DNA of 64,000 nucleotides from Rhabdothermincola salaria (GTDB lineage: Bacteria > Actinomycetota > Acidimicrobiia > Acidimicrobiales > Acidimicrobilacustridaceae). The stretch covers positions 1-64,000 of the forward strand of contig NZ_JAJQXW010000003.1 of NCBI RefSeq assembly GCF_021246445.1, written 5' to 3'. The notes beneath the pieces were generated by a model. The model was given only the letters and a program-made list of their open reading frames with translations. It had not been told where the DNA came from and searched no databases. A program made the position numbers and the translations under genes. This document shows, in pieces, positions 23,389 through 33,489 of the stretch. Within the stretch, counting starts at the first letter, position 1, and each line of letters opens with the position of its first letter.

Positions 23389-24972
23389 TCAGTTCACCAT
23401 GCGCCCCGATTCGCCCCAGTAGCGGGCCCGCAGCGCCTTCTTGTCGGGCTTGCCCAGCGCACTGAGGGGGATGGCGTCGACGAGGTCGACCGACTTGGGG
23501 GCCTGCACCGAGCCCTTGTGCTCCTTGACCAGGTCGATGAGCTCGGCGGTGTCGAGGTCGACGCCGGGACGGGGCACGACCACCGCCTTCACCGACTCGC
23601 CCCAGCGCTCGTCGGGCACGCCGATCACGGCCACCGCGGAGACCGCCGGATGGGTGGAGATGACGTCCTCCACCTCCCGGGGGTACACGTTGAACCCGCC
23701 GGTCACGATCATGTCCTTCTTGCGGTCGACGATGTAGAGGAAGCCCTCGTCGTCGGCCCGGGCCACGTCGCCGGTGTGCAGCCACCCGTGGGCGAACGCC
23801 TCGGCGGTCTGCTCCGGCTTGCCCAGGTAGCCCTTCATCACCATGGGAGAGCGCACGCAGATCTCCCCCGGCTCTCCGGGCGCCACCTCGTTGCCGTCGT
23901 CGTCGAGCAGCGCCACGTGGACCCACGGGACCGGACGGCCACAGCTGGCCAGGCGGTCCAGGTTCGAAGGATCGTGGTCCTCCTTGCGCAGCACCGTGAT
24001 CGTCATGGGGCACTCGGCCTGGCCGTAGAACTGGAAGAAGATCGGCCCCATCCGTCGGACGGCTTCGGCCAACCGGGTGGGCGAGGCCGCCGAGGCGCCG
24101 TAGAACACGGTCTGCAGGCTGGAGAGGTCGTACTGGTCGAACTTGGGGTGATCGAGCAGCACGTACAGCATCGTCGGCACCAACATGGTGGAGGTGATGC
24201 GCTTCTCCTCGACGGTGCGCATGAACGTCTCGGGGTCGAAGCCCGGCAGCACGGTGAGCGATCCGCCCCGCAGCAGCGTGGGCACGAAGAAGGCGGCGCC
24301 GGCGTGCGACAACGGCGTGCAGATGAGGAAGCGGGTCTCGTCGGGCCACTGCCACTCGGCCATCTGGATCTGGGTCATGGTGGCCTGGCTCTGGTAGCTG
24401 CCCATGATCCCCTTGGGCTTGCCCGTGGTGCCGCCCGAGTAGGCGATGCCGGCGAGGGCGTCGGGGTCCACGACCGGGGCGACGAGGGGCTGGGGCTCGA
24501 ACCCGGCGGCCAGGGCGGTGAGGTCCTCGCCGAACTCGGTGGGACCGAGGGCGAGGAAGTGCTCGATGCCGGGCACCATCTCGGACAGCTGGCGGGCCCG
24601 ATCGGTGAACGTGTCGGGATCGAAGATCAAGGCGGTGGCCCCGCAGTCGGTGAGCACGTAGGCCTGGTCCTCGACCGAACCCATGGGATGCAGCGGGGTG
24701 CTGCGGGTGGCGTTGACCTGGTTGGCCCCCATGGTGAACAGCACCTCGGGCCGGTTGAGCGACAGCATCGACGCCTGCGCGCCCTGGCCGAGGCCGCGTG
24801 CGCGGAAGGCCTGGCTGTACCGGCTGACCTGGGCGGCCATCTCCCGGGCGGTCATCGTGCGGTCTCCGATGTTGACCGCCGGCGCGTCGGGCTGCTTGGC
24901 CAGGGCGTGGATCAACAGGTCAGCCCCGAAGACGGGGCGGTGCAGCAGCGGAGGCGGTGTGACGTCGGTCAT
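23389..24972 (-). CDS. Acyl-CoA synthetase (FadD8-like AMP-binding protein)
   Basis: YSGGTTGKPKG, FYGQAE, WLHTGD, DRKKDMIVTGGFNVYPREVE, LGKPDKKALR. Confidence 0.92.
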   Translation of the reverse strand: MTDVTPPPLLHRPVFGADLLIHALAKQPDAPAVNIGDRTMTAREMAAQVSRYSQAFRARGLGQGAQASMLSLNRPEVLFTMGANQVNATRSTPLHPMGSVEDQAYVLTDCGATALIFDPDTFTDRARQLSEMVPGIEHFLALGPTEFGEDLTALAAGFEPQPLVAPVVDPDALAGIAYSGGTTGKPKGIMGSYQSQATMTQIQMAEWQWPDETRFLICTPLSHAGAAFFVPTLLRGGSLTVLPGFDPETFMRTVEEKRITSTMLVPTMLYVLLDHPKFDQYDLSSLQTVFYGASAASPTRLAEAVRRMGPIFFQFYGQAECPMTITVLRKEDHDPSNLDRLASCGRPVPWVHVALLDDDGNEVAPGEPGEICVRSPMVMKGYLGKPEQTAEAFAHGWLHTGDVARADDEGFLYIVDRKKDMIVTGGFNVYPREVEDVISTHPAVSAVAVIGVPDERWGESVKAVVVPRPGVDLDTAELIDLVKEHKGSVQAPKSVDLVDAIPLSALGKPDKKALRARYWGESGRMVN

Positions 24973-25054
24973 GGGCGGCGACCCTACCGCTCGGCCGGCG
25001 GCTCGACGGGCTCCCGGCTCGACGGGCCCGCGCCCGCCGCGGCCCGGAGCTCGC

Positions 25055-25570
25055 TCAACCGGCGCGCACGACCCGGCCGTGGCGGCCGTTGGGCCGGCCG
25101 CTGGCGGCCCGGCCGGTGGGCGCCGGCGGACGGGCGAAGTCGTCGGCCACCCGCTCGAGCTGGTCGCGCAACGAGCGGAGATCGGTGCCGCTCCACTCGG
25201 CGAAGGTCTGGGCGATGATCTCGTCGGTCGCCCCCCGGTAGGCCTCGTAGGCGACCTCGCCCTGCGGCGTGAGCTCGACGATGCCGGCCCGGCCGTCGGT
25301 GGGGTCGGCGCGGCGGAACACATAGCCGCCTTCGGAGAGGTCGCGGATCTCGCGACTGATCAGGGGGGCCTCGAGGTCGGCCAGCCGGGCCAACGACGAC
25401 AGCCGGATGGGACCCGCCTTGTGCAGCGCCGACAGGATGGCGATCGCCGGGCGGGACAGCGAGAGGCCGGCGCGCTCGGCCCGGATGCGCGCCGCCTCAC
25501 GACCCATGCTGATGCGACCGATCCTCGTGATCGCCTCTTCCACCCGACGCAGATCGTCCAACCGGCTCAT
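25055..25570 (-). CDS. MarR-family transcriptional regulator
   Basis: RLSSLARL...ISREIRDL...GYVFRRADPTDGRAGIVELTPQG. Confidence 0.88.
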   Translation of the reverse strand: MSRLDDLRRVEEAITRIGRISMGREAARIRAERAGLSLSRPAIAILSALHKAGPIRLSSLARLADLEAPLISREIRDLSEGGYVFRRADPTDGRAGIVELTPQGEVAYEAYRGATDEIIAQTFAEWSGTDLRSLRDQLERVADDFARPPAPTGRAASGRPNGRHGRVVRAG

Positions 25571-25658
25571 CCCGGGCGAACCTAGCAGTGACGGCAGGCA
25601 CATGTGACCACCGACACCGACGGACCTCCGCCGAGGCTCGGGTTGCCGCTCCGGCCGG

Positions 25659-26762
25659 TCAGTCCCAGTAGGTGCCCGCCAGCATCTGCTCGAGCAGCGG
25701 TCGGAACATGACCAGGTCGTCGGGGTCGGCGGGCATCTCGGCCTGGCCGTAGGTGATGCTGCGCAGGCTGGTGCGGGTGGAGACGATGGCGAAGCGGAGG
25801 GCGGCGAACACCTCGAACCACTCGAGGGCCTCGACCGAGCGGCCGCTCATCTCGGCGTACTGCGCCGCGACCTCGTCGCGACGCATGAAGTCCGGCAGGC
25901 CCGGCATGTCGTAGGTCTCGGCCATGTTCTGGAAGAACTTGTGCAGGAAGATCATCCAGGCCAGGTCGACCTCGGCCGGGCCGAGCGCCGCCATCTCCCA
26001 GTCGAGCACCGCCGTGGGAGTGGGGCCGTCCCAGAGCATGTTGCCGATGCGGGCGTCGCCCCAGTTGAGCACCGTGGGGTTGACGAGGGTCGGCCGGTTG
26101 GCCTCCAACCAGTCGAAGGTCCGCTCGATGAGCGGGAAGTGGCCACCGTCGCGAGCCCATTCGTAGTACCCACGCTCGTGCCCGAGGTGCTGATCGAGGG
26201 CGGTGTCGCCCTTGGCGGGCCGGTCGAGGAACGACAGCTCGGCGTTGTCGGGGCGCAGCTCGTGCAGGCGCACCAGCACCGACACCGCGTTGCGCTGCAT
26301 CTCGGCTCGTTCGTCGTCGGTGAGGTCGGCGACCCAGCCGCCGAACACGTACGGCGGCACGTCGGTGGGCGGCTGGCCGTCGACGCGGCGCATGACGAGG
26401 AACGGGACCTCGAGCACCGCCTCGTCGAGGACCACCGCCACGACCTCGGGGACGGGCACGTCGGTGCGCTCACCCACGATGCGCATCGCCTTGGCCTGCA
26501 GCTCGATGTCGTAGTGCTGGAAGACGGGGACGAGGGAGGGCAGGGGCGCCAGCCGGGCCACCAGTCGGTCCACGGCGCCGCCGTGCTCCACGTCGAAGAG
26601 GATGCTCTCGCTCGACATGCCGTTCTCGGGCGTGGTCACCTCGACCAGACGGGCATCGGGACCCAGCGCGTCGCGGGCCCATCCTTCGAGGCTGCGCCCG
26701 ATCTCGGCGGGGTCGCGTCGCCAGGGGGTGTCGAGGTTGATGGGAGCGCTCTCGTCGGCCAT
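25659..26762 (-). CDS. Phosphotransferase (APH-like) family protein
   Basis: NGMSSE, PFLVMRRVDG, LNWGDARIGNML, VLDWEMA. TATCGT lies 7 nt before ATG 26762. Confidence 0.88.
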   Translation of the reverse strand: MADESAPINLDTPWRRDPAEIGRSLEGWARDALGPDARLVEVTTPENGMSSESILFDVEHGGAVDRLVARLAPLPSLVPVFQHYDIELQAKAMRIVGERTDVPVPEVVAVVLDEAVLEVPFLVMRRVDGQPPTDVPPYVFGGWVADLTDDERAEMQRNAVSVLVRLHELRPDNAELSFLDRPAKGDTALDQHLGHERGYYEWARDGGHFPLIERTFDWLEANRPTLVNPTVLNWGDARIGNMLWDGPTPTAVLDWEMAALGPAEVDLAWMIFLHKFFQNMAETYDMPGLPDFMRRDEVAAQYAEMSGRSVEALEWFEVFAALRFAIVSTRTSLRSITYGQAEMPADPDDLVMFRPLLEQMLAGTYWD

Positions 26763-26868
26763 GGGTGTGACGATAGTCAACGCCTGACTCGGGCAAGTTT
26801 CGCCGGCGTGGGCAGCCCCGGAACCGGACGATCTCGCGGTCGTCGGTCGTCGGTCATCGGCGCGAGCC

Positions 26869-27570
26869 TCAGCGGCCGGGGGGTACCAAGGCGTCGAACA
26901 GCGCGCGCACCCCGAAAACGAAGAGGGCGTCGCGATCCGGGTTGGCCGACAGGGCGTCGACGAGCTCGGGGTCGTCGGTGTCGGTGGGCCACACCGAGGC
27001 GGTGGTGACCTCGTCGCCGTCCTGGCGGGCGACCCGTTCGAGCATCACCGAGCCCACGACGTGGGTGCTGAGGACCCGCAGGGCGAAGGCGGCGTCCTTG
27101 CCGCGCACCCCCGACCCGGCGAGCTCGGCGGCCATGGCCTGCTCGACGGGTTGGAACATCGACGCCGTGCGCTGGCGCTCGTGGGCCAGCCCGATCAGAT
27201 GGGGACGATCCTGGATCCGCCTTCGCAGGGTCTCGGCCAGCGAGACGATGCGCTCGGCCGGGCTGTCGCCGACGGCCCGGATGGTGCCCATCTCGGCGAC
27301 GAAGCGGTCGACCAGGGCGTCGAGCAGGGCATCGCGGTTGCCGACGTGCCAGTAGATGGCGGTGACGGCCACGCCCAGCTCGTCGGACAGGCGGCGCATC
27401 GTGAGGGCATCGGCACCGTGCTCGTCGACGAGGCGCATGGCGGTGTCGATGACCGTGTCGCGGCTGATCGGCACGCGGGGCGGGGCCGGCAGGTCGCCGG
27501 CCCCGCCGTGGTCGTCGATGTCCTCGGCGCCCCGGCCCCCTGGGGTCGAGGCCGCCCGCGCTGCGCTCAC
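26869..27570 (-). CDS. TetR-family transcriptional regulator
   Basis: ALTMRRLSDELGVAVTAIYWHVGNRDALL. GTG 27570 sits just after the amidohydrolase stop. Confidence 0.88.
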   Translation of the reverse strand: MSAARAASTPGGRGAEDIDDHGGAGDLPAPPRVPISRDTVIDTAMRLVDEHGADALTMRRLSDELGVAVTAIYWHVGNRDALLDALVDRFVAEMGTIRAVGDSPAERIVSLAETLRRRIQDRPHLIGLAHERQRTASMFQPVEQAMAAELAGSGVRGKDAAFALRVLSTHVVGSVMLERVARQDGDEVTTASVWPTDTDDPELVDALSANPDRDALFVFGVRALFDALVPPGR

Positions 27571-27574
27571 ACGG

Positions 27575-28927
27575 TCAGCTTTGCATGCCCGGCAGCAGCG
27601 GGAAGTCATGGCCGGTGAGCCAGTGACGGCCGACCTCCTTCACCGGGGCCCACTTCTCCGTGAGGTCGGCGGCGGTCTGGCCGTCGCGGAGCTGGCCGAG
27701 GTCGGTGGGCGTGGGTCCCACCTTGTCGGAGATGGGCCGCAACGAGGCGAGGTCGAACCCGAAGGTGTCGGCCGCGGCCAGGCCGAGCATCCGACGCGAC
27801 TCCTCGACGGGGATGTCGAAGAAGGTCTTCTGCAGCCAGTCGTGGGTGTTGGGCCAGGTGCCCTCGGGGTGGGGGAAGTCGGTGCCCCACAGCATGTTGT
27901 CGATGCCGATCTCGTAGCGCTGGCCGAGCTCGCGGCGCTTCACGTTGGCCAGGCCGGTGAAGCAGTTGCGGTCGACGATCTCGCTCGGGAGCATGTCGCC
28001 CAACGCGGCCTGGAACGGACCCTGGCTGAGCTTGGAGGCGCCCCGCGAGCCGAGCAGCAGGCGGTCCCACGACCACAACAGGCCGGGCAGCCACCAGCAG
28101 CCGCCCTCGGTGACGCCGAAGCGCAACCCCGGGAAGCGATGGAAGACGCCGGACCACAACAGGAACCACAACGGCCGGGCCGGCCACCAGGTGACCTCGG
28201 TGACGTAGATCCCCAGGTGGTCGCCGTACTCGTCGCGCGACGCCGAGCCGGAGTGGGTGACCACCGGCATGCGCAGCTCTTCGCACAGCGCCCAGATCGG
28301 GTCGTAGCTGCGATCGTGGTACGGGGTCTGGTCGACCCACATGGCGGGGATCATCACCGCGCCCAACCCGTTGTCGTGGGCCCACTGGATCTCGGCGATG
28401 ACCTTCTCGGTCTCGACGGTGATCGGGACGAGCGCTACGCCCTTGCGCCGCTCGGGGCTGTGGGAGCACAGCTCGGCCAACCATCGGTTGTGGGCCTTGG
28501 CCCCGGCCATGCCCAGCTCGGGGTCGAGGTCGCCCGAGAGGCCGAGCCCGGCACCGAAGGGCACGCAGGTGCGGCTCTCGACGGCGTCGGCGTCGGGGTA
28601 CACCACCTCGGCGGCCACCCCGTCGTTGTCGAGGGCCTGGTCGCGCTTGATGGCGTCCCACCCTCCGGCGAGCTCTTCGTCGTGGTCCTCGAACCACTTC
28701 TTGGCGTACTTCTCGTCGCGCACCCCCATGCGGGTGGCCGCCTCGAGCTGTTCGTGGCGCTGGGCGAGGAACTCGTCGAACTGCGGGTGGTACCTCGACT
28801 CGAGGTACTGCCGGTACTGCTCGGTGGGCAGACCGGCGTGGGAATCGGCGGCGATGATCAGGTAGGGGTCGTCGTCGGCGAAGGTCTGGGTGCTGGAGGG
28901 TGCCGGCTGGGTGGGGCTGCTGGACAC
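27575..28927 (-). CDS. Amidohydrolase family protein
   Basis: IAADSHAG, HNRWLAE, VTHSG, WGTDFPHPEG. SD AGGAG precedes the GTG. Confidence 0.9.
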   Translation of the reverse strand: MSSSPTQPAPSSTQTFADDDPYLIIAADSHAGLPTEQYRQYLESRYHPQFDEFLAQRHEQLEAATRMGVRDEKYAKKWFEDHDEELAGGWDAIKRDQALDNDGVAAEVVYPDADAVESRTCVPFGAGLGLSGDLDPELGMAGAKAHNRWLAELCSHSPERRKGVALVPITVETEKVIAEIQWAHDNGLGAVMIPAMWVDQTPYHDRSYDPIWALCEELRMPVVTHSGSASRDEYGDHLGIYVTEVTWWPARPLWFLLWSGVFHRFPGLRFGVTEGGCWWLPGLLWSWDRLLLGSRGASKLSQGPFQAALGDMLPSEIVDRNCFTGLANVKRRELGQRYEIGIDNMLWGTDFPHPEGTWPNTHDWLQKTFFDIPVEESRRMLGLAAADTFGFDLASLRPISDKVGPTPTDLGQLRDGQTAADLTEKWAPVKEVGRHWLTGHDFPLLPGMQS

Positions 28928-28949
28928 GATGGTCTCCTGTCTCTGGTGC

Positions 28950-30200
28950 CTACTCGGCGGCGGTCGTGAACTGGTAGCCGATGAAGGCCGGGCACTTGTC
29001 CGCCTCCTGGGGCACCTCACCGGGCACCAGGGGCTGGTCGACGTCGCTCACCCGGGGTCCGACCTGCTGGGCGAGGGGTCGGAGGGCCTCGAGGTCGAAG
29101 CCGTAGAGCGCCGCCGCGTTGCCACCCAGCATCATCTGCACCTCGTCGTGGGGCACCCCGGCGAACGAGCCGCGGATGGCCTCGAGCGAGAAGGGGAAGC
29201 TGGACTCCTTGTGGGGGTAGTCGCTCCCCCACATGATCCGGTCGACGCCGACCGAATGGCGCATCTTGACCTCGTCGGGCCGGATGAAGCTGGCGCCGAG
29301 GTGGCACTGGCGGGCCCAGTACTCGCTGGGCTTCAGCGACATGGAGCCGACGACCTCGCGCCCCCACACCTGCTCCTGGGAGCCCCCCGCGCCGCCCATG
29401 CGACCCCAGAAGTAGTCGAGGCGGGCCAGCTCGTCGGGAACCCACGCCGAACCCTGCTCGGTGAAGACCAGCTGCAGGTTCGGGTGCCGTTCGAAGACCC
29501 CCCCGACGAGGAGGTGGGTGAGCGCCCGGTGGGCCCACCACGAGACCTCGAGGAGGAACACGACAGCGTCCTCGGCCGTGGGCCCCATCGGCGGCGCCGC
29601 GCTCCCGGTGTGGTGGTTCACCGGCATCTCGAGCTCCTCGGCGGCCTGCCAGAGGGGTTCGTAGTACGGGTCGTAGAGCTGCGGGAGGCCCAGCCCCGGC
29701 GGGGTGCCGGGGAGGAGGATGCCGCCCGTGAGGCCCTGCTCCTTGGCCCAGTGCATCTCGGCCACGGACGCCTCGATGTCGTGCAGGGTGATCTGGATCA
29801 CCCCCGCCCGACGACCCGGCAGGTCGGCGCAGAACTCGGCCAACCAGCGGTTGTGGGCCTGGAGGCCGGCCCATCGACGGGCGTTGTCGTCGGCGGTGAC
29901 GGCAGGCGGCTGGGCGGTGAGGGAGGTCTTCGGGAAGAACGGGGGGATGGTGTTGGGGAACAGCACCTCGGCCACCTGCCCGTCGGCCTCGAGCTCGGCG
30001 GCCCGGCGGGAGCTGTTCCAGTTGCGGTCGCCGTCGCGACCCTTGAGGTCCTCGTAGGTGACCTCGTAGTCTGCGGCCCAGGCGTCGAACTCGTCGTGCC
30101 ACTGCGATGCCAGGTACGGCTTGTAGCCCTCCATGAAGGCCCCGCAGTGGCCGTCGGCGGAGATGACGACGTAGCGCTCGTCGGCGAGCGATCCGGTCAT
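28950..30200 (-). CDS. Amidohydrolase family protein
   Basis: ISADGHCG, HNRWLAEF, NHHTG, WGSDYPHKE. Confidence 0.9.
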   Translation of the reverse strand: MTGSLADERYVVISADGHCGAFMEGYKPYLASQWHDEFDAWAADYEVTYEDLKGRDGDRNWNSSRRAAELEADGQVAEVLFPNTIPPFFPKTSLTAQPPAVTADDNARRWAGLQAHNRWLAEFCADLPGRRAGVIQITLHDIEASVAEMHWAKEQGLTGGILLPGTPPGLGLPQLYDPYYEPLWQAAEELEMPVNHHTGSAAPPMGPTAEDAVVFLLEVSWWAHRALTHLLVGGVFERHPNLQLVFTEQGSAWVPDELARLDYFWGRMGGAGGSQEQVWGREVVGSMSLKPSEYWARQCHLGASFIRPDEVKMRHSVGVDRIMWGSDYPHKESSFPFSLEAIRGSFAGVPHDEVQMMLGGNAAALYGFDLEALRPLAQQVGPRVSDVDQPLVPGEVPQEADKCPAFIGYQFTTAAE

Positions 30201-30340
30201 GGCAGCTGTCCCCTCGGGTCGTGGTGCCGGCGGCGCCGCCAGCGTGACCCACGTCACCGTAGCGCTGTTACAGAGCCCCTGTCACGTCGCCCCAGGGTCG
30301 GCCGCGGCGCCTCGGGCGGGCGGCGCTCGGCACTCGGCGC

Positions 30341-30503
30341 GTTGCGGTCGATCTCGCCCGGCCTCGTGCTCAGCGGCGGGCCCGAGGCAGCTTCAGGTGG
30401 CGCTCGGCGATGTTGTTGCGGTTGATCTCCCCCGGCCCCGTGCTCAGCGCCGGGCCCGGGGCAGCTTCAGGTGGCGCTCGGCGATGTTGTTGCGGTTGAT
30501 CTC
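30341..30503. repeat. 74-bp-period tandem duplication of the 3' end of the ACAD gene
   Basis: 30365-30429 vs 30439-30503: 65 bp with 2 mismatches. Partial third unit 30341-30365 vs 30415-30439: 25 bp with 3 mismatches. Confidence 0.9.
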
Positions 30504-31589
30504 TGTCGTGCCGCCGTAGATGGTGGTGACCGGGGCGTGGCGGGCGTCGTACTCGACGAAGCCGTCGGCCGCGGCGCCGGGCTGGTGGAACTGCAACAGC
30601 CCGGCCGGCCCGGCCATGCGCTGGAAGGCCTCGGCGGCGCGCTGGTAGGCCTCGGTGGCGAAGACCTTGGTCATGGAGCCCTCGAGTCCGGCCTGGCCGC
30701 CCGAGGCCGCGATCCAAGCCGAGCGCTGGGTGAGCAGCGCGGCCACCTGGTTGTCGATGGCGACGCGGGCCATCTCTTCGCGCACCCGGGGGTCGGTGTC
30801 GATGCCCACCTCGGCGGCCCAGTGCCGGAAGTGGCGCAACAGGGGCACCCCAGTGTTGGTCCCGCCCATCACGCCCCGCTCGAAGGACAGGGCGACGGTC
30901 ATGGTGCGCCAGCCGCCGTTGACCTCGCCGAGCACGGCCTCGTCGCCCACGCGCACGTCGTCGTACCAGGTGGCGTTGGTGCGCTCGGTGGCCATGGTGT
31001 GCACCGGCTCGACCGTGATGCCGGGGGTGTCCATCGGGAGGATGAACATGGTGAGGCCCTTGTGCTTGGGCAGGTCGGGGTCGGTGCGGGTGAGCAGGAT
31101 GAGCCACCTGGCCTCGTGGGCCATGGTGGTCCACATCTTGGCGCCGTCGATCACCCACTCGTCGCCGTCGCGGACGGCCTTGGTGGTGATCGACGCCACG
31201 TCGGAGCCGTAGTCGGCTTCGGAGTAGCCCATGCACACCAGTGCCTCACCGGCGAGGATCGACGGGAGGATGCGTTCCTTCTGCTCCTCGGTGCCGACGG
31301 CCTGCACCACGCCGGCGATCATGAGGGCCACGGCCAGCCCGTCGATCGGGGCGCCGGCCTTCTCGAGCTCGTTGAACATCACCCACAGCTCGACCGGGTC
31401 GCCCTTGCCCAACCCGGGCGTGGCCCGTTCCAGGAACCCGTGCTCGGCCAGGGCGCGGTTGAGGGCCGGGAGGTCGAACGTGCCGGTGGTGTGCATGCGG
31501 TCGATGTCGGCGGGGGTCACCGTGTCGGCCACGATCCGACGGATGGTGTCGCGGAAGTCGCGGACGGCGGGAGAGAGCGAGAAGTCCAT
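30444..31589 (-). CDS. Acyl-CoA dehydrogenase
   Basis: CMGYSEADYGSD, WVIDGAKMWTT, KHKGLTMF, TIYGGTTEINRNNIA. TGATG overlap with the upstream ACAD. Confidence 0.93.
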   Translation of the reverse strand: MDFSLSPAVRDFRDTIRRIVADTVTPADIDRMHTTGTFDLPALNRALAEHGFLERATPGLGKGDPVELWVMFNELEKAGAPIDGLAVALMIAGVVQAVGTEEQKERILPSILAGEALVCMGYSEADYGSDVASITTKAVRDGDEWVIDGAKMWTTMAHEARWLILLTRTDPDLPKHKGLTMFILPMDTPGITVEPVHTMATERTNATWYDDVRVGDEAVLGEVNGGWRTMTVALSFERGVMGGTNTGVPLLRHFRHWAAEVGIDTDPRVREEMARVAIDNQVAALLTQRSAWIAASGGQAGLEGSMTKVFATEAYQRAAEAFQRMAGPAGLLQFHQPGAAADGFVEYDARHAPVTTIYGGTTEINRNNIAERHLKLPRARR

Positions 31590-32626
31590 CAGGCGACACC
31601 TCCGGGGTGGCCGAACAGGCGGTCGGCGAGGCCCAGGCACTCCTGGGCCGGGTCGCCGGCGACGAGGCGCCAGCCCCGTGCCCGCCGGTAGTAGAGCTGG
31701 ATGTCGTACTCCTCGGCGAAGCCGTAGCCGCCGTGGTAGTGCAACGAGCGGTGGGTGGCCGTGGACGCGGCGTCCCCGGCGAACACGAAGGCCATCGAGG
31801 CCAACGCCGAGGGGTCGGTGACGTCGTTGCGGTCGATGTCGACCAGCCCCGCCTCGTCGCCCTCGAGGGCGGCCGCCCACGCCGCCTTGTGGGCCAGCAT
31901 GCGGCCCCCGTCGACGAGCACGGGCAGATCGGCCAGTCCGTGCTGCACGGACTGGAACGACCCGATGGGCACCCCGAACTGCTGGCGCTCCATCACGTAG
32001 CTCACCCCCATGCGCATGGCCTGGTCGGCGATGCCCACCAGCGCGGCCGCGGTGAGCACCTTCCACTCGGCGAGGAGCCGCTCGGCGTCGCCCGCCGGAC
32101 CCAGCACGGTGCGTTCGCCCTGGCGGGCGGAGCGGTCGGCCAACGGCGCGGCGGCGTGGTTGAGGGGACCTTCGCCCGGCGGCGTGGATCGCACCGCCAC
32201 CACCTCGTCGCCGTCCACGCCCACCACCACGTCGGCCACCGCACCGGCCGGCACGAGATGCCAGGTCCCGTCGGGACCGGCCGGCGCCAGCGCGACCGTG
32301 GCGATCGACTCGCCGGCCACGAGGTCGGCCTCGGGCCAGGCCCGCGCCGCCACGGCGTGCTCCACCAGCGGCACCGGGGCGATCGCCCGTCCGTAGGCCT
32401 CGGCCACCACCACCAGATCGGCCAACGAGGCACCGCCGCCGCCGGCGTCCTCGGCCACGCCCATCCCCGGAGCGCCGAGCTCGATCACCTTGGCCCACAG
32501 GTCGCGATCGAAGCCGAGCGGCTCAGCGGCCCGGGCCACCTCCGGCGGCGACTCCTTGACGAAGAACCCGTCGAACAGCTCGGCGATCGCCTGCTGGTCG
32601 TCCGTCAATCCGAGGTCCACGCTCAT
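31589..32626 (-). CDS. Acyl-CoA dehydrogenase, short partner subunit
   Basis: ERQQFGVPIGSFQSVQHGLAD, HYHGGYGFAEEYDIQLYYRRA. An adjacent coupled pair resembles alpha2beta2 ACADs. Confidence 0.9.
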   Translation of the reverse strand: MSVDLGLTDDQQAIAELFDGFFVKESPPEVARAAEPLGFDRDLWAKVIELGAPGMGVAEDAGGGGASLADLVVVAEAYGRAIAPVPLVEHAVAARAWPEADLVAGESIATVALAPAGPDGTWHLVPAGAVADVVVGVDGDEVVAVRSTPPGEGPLNHAAAPLADRSARQGERTVLGPAGDAERLLAEWKVLTAAALVGIADQAMRMGVSYVMERQQFGVPIGSFQSVQHGLADLPVLVDGGRMLAHKAAWAAALEGDEAGLVDIDRNDVTDPSALASMAFVFAGDAASTATHRSLHYHGGYGFAEEYDIQLYYRRARGWRLVAGDPAQECLGLADRLFGHPGGVA

Positions 32627-32731
32627 CGGAGGGTCACCGTCCTGGTCGTCGCACGCCGGTCGTCGGGGGCCGGGCCCGCACCTGGCCCGGTGGTGAAGTG
32701 TCCCTCACCGCCAGGCACCTCCTCGAATCCG

Positions 32732-32749
32732 ACGGACCGCTCGGTCCGT
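32732..32749. promoter_or_regulatory. Palindromic operator candidate upstream of the ACAD operon
   Basis: ACGGACCG-ct-CGGTCCGT, a perfect 8-bp inverted repeat. Confidence 0.4.
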
Positions 32750-32785
32750 GACCCCCGAGGTCCGCCACCCGGTCAGCCGGTGCGC

Positions 32786-33475
32786 TCAGCGGCGCACGAG
32801 CCAGGCGGCCACGAAGGCGACACCGTTGGTGGCCAGGTGGCCCACCACCGGGGCGAGGAGGCTCTTGGAGCGGACCCGTAGCCAGCAGAAGGCGAGTCCG
32901 GCCACGAAGGTCACGGCGACGTTGCCCACGACCACCAGCGCCTGGCCCGGGGGGCTCGACGTGAGCCCGTCGAGCGAGGCGTTGTCGGCCATGGTGTTCA
33001 GGGTCGGCGAGATGTGCCAGAGCCCGAACAGCGCCGAGGACGCCAGGGCTCCCCGCCACGGCCCCCAGGCCTGCATCCCCGTGCCCAGCAACAGCCCCCG
33101 GAAGGCGAGCTCCTCGGGCAGGACGGTGGCGACGAGGATCCCGAAGCCGACCTCCCACAACAGCTGGTCGTAGGGGACCTGGGCCCGGTCGTCGTCGAGG
33201 AACCCCGAGGTGGCCGGGACGACCGCGGCTGCGGCCACCACCACCCCGACCAGGGCCAGGGCGGCCAGGCCCCAGCGCAGGCCCGCGCCCAGATACCGGC
33301 GCTCGAGGCCGAGCGTGGGAGCGTCGACCCGGCCGAGGACCGCGACGACGGCCAGCGCGACCAGCAGGCCGAGCGCCGCCAGGTCGGTGTGGTCGCCGAA
33401 CAGGCCGACCCCGCGGGCCACGTTGAACAGGACGAGGACCCCTGCGGTGGCCGCGAAGGTCCGAGCCGGGTGCAT
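32786..33475 (-). CDS. CPBP family intramembrane glutamic endopeptidase (CAAX protease-like)
   Basis: PEELAFRG, LFGLWH, GHLATN; multiple TM segments. Confidence 0.88.
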   Translation of the reverse strand: MHPARTFAATAGVLVLFNVARGVGLFGDHTDLAALGLLVALAVVAVLGRVDAPTLGLERRYLGAGLRWGLAALALVGVVVAAAAVVPATSGFLDDDRAQVPYDQLLWEVGFGILVATVLPEELAFRGLLLGTGMQAWGPWRGALASSALFGLWHISPTLNTMADNASLDGLTSSPPGQALVVVGNVAVTFVAGLAFCWLRVRSKSLLAPVVGHLATNGVAFVAAWLVRR

Positions 33476-33489
33476 GACGAGCGCCGCGA

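Noticed and set aside
30341..30503. Possible att site of an integrated element
   Set aside because: The copies are adjacent (74-bp period) with no cargo between them, and no integrase is in the window. Kept only as a tandem duplication.
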